Virus record (IMG/VR): IMGVR_UViG_3300001592_000009
Reading direction: 5' to 3' (one strand)
From: an uncultured virus (IMG/VR IMGVR_UViG_3300001592_000009)
Taxonomy: Duplodnaviria; Heunggongvirae; Uroviricota; Caudoviricetes
Length of the DNA stretch: 20,000 nucleotides
Shown one piece after another: positions 17,527 to 20,000 of this stretch. The translations under genes were made by a program, and so were the position numbers. Position 1 is the first letter of the stretch; every line of letters starts with the position of its first letter. The notes beneath the pieces are model-generated. The model did no database searches, had not been told where the DNA came from, and saw only the letters and a list, made by a program, of their open reading frames with translations.

Positions 17527-18201
17527 TTAAAGAACGATACCGCCAACAGCCGTCTTCACAGACGACAGATCAATGCCACGAACCGGGTTGACGCGATAGA
17601 GCTCCTCAGCCTGTTGAAGCTGGTGACTCAACCGGTCCACGATCCCGGAGAACGACCCCTGGACCGTGTGGTAGTGGATCGGTGTCGGGATAGAGATCGC
17701 ATCGCTGGCATCCTGCGAGATCTCGCCGAAGCTGTGGTAAGACAGCATCATGCCGGGATCAGGGTTCTCACCGGGGCGGATCAGGGTGACAGCCGAGGAA
17801 ACAGCCTGACCCTTCTCCAGAGCCTTGAAATCACGGCTGTTCTGGCAACGGAGTTCCACTAGAGCCGGTTCGTACTTGGTCATCTTGGAATGATCCAGGA
17901 AGTGCTGGAGATCGCGAGTGTCCAAGCCATGGTTTTGGCCAGAGAACAAAGCAGCCAGCAGGAGGATGTTGACCTTGGCCATGGCATCCACGTCCGCCAT
18001 GCTGTTCTCCTGGTTGTTTTCCAGGTAGATGGAGCTGACCGACTTGTTCTGCGACTTGCAGATGTTGGCATAGGAGAGAACGGTACCGCGGGTATTGCGA
18101 ATCTCTTGTTCACAGGTCAGGGAACCGATCTGGATCACCACCACCATCTTGCCACGGGTCAGCAGCTCGCCAACCAAGACCGGACCAACCACAGAACCTG
18201 A
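17527..18201 (-). CDS. phuZ: PhuZ phage tubulin, exon 2 (224 aa)
   Basis: Begins SGSVVGPVLVGELL, the second half of the tubulin signature loop and the following helix. Contains T7-loop-like NHGLDTRDL and ends ...GGIVL*, resembling the PhuZ C-terminal tail. Confidence 0.92.
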   Translation of the reverse strand, partial: SGSVVGPVLVGELLTRGKMVVVIQIGSLTCEQEIRNTRGTVLSYANICKSQNKSVSSIYLENNQENSMADVDAMAKVNILLLAALFSGQNHGLDTRDLQHFLDHSKMTKYEPALVELRCQNSRDFKALEKGQAVSSAVTLIRPGENPDPGMMLSYHSFGEISQDASDAISIPTPIHYHTVQGSFSGIVDRLSHQLQQAEELYRVNPVRGIDLSSVKTAVGGIVL

Positions 18202-18943
18202 CGTTATCTTCACTACAGTTCGTTAGGCTGTAGCCGCGCCATTACGCGCAGCTGCATGTTTCCATGCAGACGAGACTATATCAATAACTTACTAAGGCAG
18301 TGGCTTGTTGAGTCTGGTAACACTTAGATTGGGTATGTTAACAGACTTGAGGACTCTTTCAAGATCGATGGTTCTGTAGAACTTTCTCTTGGTTTCACTA
18401 CAGTAAAGACCGACCGAAGGATAACCGTACCTGTCCAGCTTCTCCTTCAGTTCTCTCAGCTTGTCTTTTCTTCTCACGCGACCGTCCGAAGACACCTCAT
18501 AGCTCGGAAGTTCTTTTATCGTTCTCCATTCGTTCATGATTCTTAAATATTTAGCCATTAAGCCGTCCCAATTACGGCACCTTAATAAGTTAACCCCTGT
18601 TTCCACTCACTTGAGTGTACACGCTGGTCAATGCGTTAGTCGTTGAACTCGCTCCGTGGCCTTACGGCTGTAGGAGATCAGCTGCGGATTACCCATTCTG
18701 CCTAGTCTCGGTAGACTGATCGATGACAAGTCGATTGTTCAGTATTCCGGTTTTCACAGTGGTTTCTAACCATCTCTTAGAGTTTTTACTATTCCGAACA
18801 CTTCCATTACTGGGCTCGGTACATACGTGTATTTCTACCGCATGGTAGTATCTAAGAGCTTTAGGGTTTCCCCGCAATTAAGGGGTTTGTCACTGCAACA
18901 TCACTGTCGCAGCGGGCATGAACTCGACTTAGGCCGAGAGTTT
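18202..18943 (-). mobile_element. Group I self-splicing intron (IA-like, with P7.1/P7.2), 742 nt, in phuZ
   Basis: The 5' exon ends in U (GGU) and the intron ends in G (..GAUAACG). Core elements: P AAUUGCGGGGAA (18868-18879), Q AAUCCGCAGC (18681-18690), R GUUCAACGACUA (18637-18648), S UGAUAUAGUC (18274-18283). Pairings: P2 CUGCGACA-GUGA-UGUUGCAG, P3 AACCCCU/AGGGGUU, P7 GACUA/UAGUC, P8 AACUUAUUAAGG/CCUUAGUAAGUU, P9 CUGCAUG-GAAA-CAUGCAG. Removing the intron restores the reading frame. Confidence 0.93.
18292..18537 (-). pseudogene. Intron-encoded NUMOD4 homing endonuclease remnant (HNH domain missing), 81 aa
   Basis: EWRTIKELPSYEVSSDGRVR...LKEKLDRYGYPSVGL...FYRTI is a NUMOD4 motif. The HRLVA...H.N...N nuclease core that normally follows is absent. 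The ORF lies in the P8 loop. Confidence 0.8.
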
Positions 18944-19252
18944 ACCACCTGAGGAGGAATGGAAGACGATGTTGTAATCGCCGGGAGGGTGGGTGTGGAG
19001 AATGTCCGGCATAGCTGTCACAGCAGCCTGGAGGTTCACGGAGCGGTCCTTACCGGAGCCATCGGTGCTTTCATCGTAGCCCTTGATGTGGTAGAAGGCA
19101 GCATCCCCTACGGGAGGTTTGTTCGAACCGGAAGTGTCGATGAAACAGGTTTTGATCTGAGCGAAGCCGGGCATAGTTTTGCCGGGGTTGTGGAAGGTTT
19201 TGNCGATGTTGGTAGCAGCACCGCCACAGCAGTAGAGAGTGAGAGAAGCCAT
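18944..19252 (-). CDS. phuZ: PhuZ phage tubulin, exon 1 (103 aa)
   Basis: AAGGA SD. LYCCGGAATNI (T1), FIDTSGSN (T2), DGSGKDR (T3) and YNIVFHSSSGG (start of the T4 signature) are tubulin/FtsZ GTPase motifs in PhuZ form. The spliced product is 327 aa. Confidence 0.92.
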
Positions 19253-19283
19253 GGGAGAAAGTTCCTTTTGGTTGGGTTGAGGT

Positions 19284-19475
19284 TTAGGCAGCTGCGAGTT
19301 CGATCATGGTCGCCAATTCCATGATCGCGTACTGGATCTCGGGAGAGATGTCAGTTGGAGATGCTTCAGTGTAGCCTGGGGAAGTCAAATACTTCACCAC
19401 GATGGCAGCAGCGGCTTCGAGGGATGAGAGTTCGTTGAGAACTTCCTTCTCGTCGTCAGAAAGAGGAATAGTCAT
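19284..19475 (-). CDS. Small acidic hypothetical protein (63 aa)
   Basis: ATG after AGGA, co-oriented and immediately upstream of phuZ. Confidence 0.6.
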   Translation of the reverse strand: MTIPLSDDEKEVLNELSSLEAAAAIVVKYLTSPGYTEASPTDISPEIQYAIMELATMIELAAA

Positions 19476-19502
19476 GGTTCGGTTCCTGTCTATAAATAGT
19501 CG

Positions 19503-19910
19503 TTATGTTTCCTTCTCACGGTGTTCAATGAAGGCGACGACTGGGTTCTCGCTGTGCTTTTTGATATCTCTGATCTTGCGAGAGAGCCAGAGTTCATAAA
19601 AGAGACCAGAGAGTTCTCGAGACACCTTTGGGCAGAAGATCACGAACTGGTTCGCTTCCAGGCGATCACTGCGAGCATAGAGACATTTCACTGTCCCCTG
19701 GAGTTCAGATACTTCGGATACGACCTCGGTGAGTTGTTCTCGCGTGAAGAGTCGGTTAGCCGTGATGAGAGCTTCGAGATAGTCGCCCTCTCTTCGGATG
19801 ATGGGAGCGAAGAGATTGAGCTTCCGTAGTACGGCTTTGACAGACTTCTCGTCGGGATAGCCTTCAATGAAAAGAGAGCCGGATGTACTCTGAACAGCAT
19901 TTGATGACAT
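19503..19910 (-). CDS. Hypothetical protein (135 aa)
   Basis: ATG after AAGGA. No recognised motif. Confidence 0.65.
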   Translation of the reverse strand: MSSNAVQSTSGSLFIEGYPDEKSVKAVLRKLNLFAPIIRREGDYLEALITANRLFTREQLTEVVSEVSELQGTVKCLYARSDRLEANQFVIFCPKVSRELSGLFYELWLSRKIRDIKKHSENPVVAFIEHREKET

Positions 19911-20000
19911 AGAAATCCTTGGCTGAAGTGGTTTGAATGGATGGTGTCACGTACGATCTATGTCGCTCTAAGGAACTTCCATGCATGATGATCTTAGCTG

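Noticed and set aside
18689..18877. 62-aa ORF within the intron
   Set aside because: It overlies the P4-P5 structural RNA and has no SD or recognisable motif.
18202..18943. Intein, group II intron or simple pseudogenisation of phuZ
   Set aside because: An in-frame stop right after exon 1 excludes an intein. There are no GUGYG/AY ends and no RT. Group I core motifs and precise frame restoration argue against decay.
1..20000. CRISPR arrays, tRNA or rRNA genes, transposases, alternative genetic code
   Set aside because: I saw no repeat-spacer periodicity, cloverleaf or IS signatures by eye, and genes read through normally in the standard code with all three stops used.

Overview
This window comes from a phiKZ-like, nucleus-forming jumbo phage (Chimalliviridae-type). 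From left to right it holds: a major capsid protein (minus strand, runs off the left edge and is missed by the ORF track), a gp119-like gene, a DnaB-like helicase, four lineage-specific ORFs, chimallin (nuclear shell protein), two conserved phiKZ-like genes plus a holin-like gene, the phiKZ gp50-type family B DNA polymerase (apparent frameshift, probably an assembly artefact), a beta-propeller gene, several hypotheticals and the phage tubulin PhuZ. The standout feature is that phuZ is split by a 742-nt group I intron (18202-18943, minus strand). The intron sits exactly inside the tubulin GTP-binding glycine-rich signature (SSSGG|SGSVVGP) and carries a NUMOD4-only homing endonuclease remnant in its P8 loop. 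Family assignments rest on recalled motifs and synteny, not on database searches.
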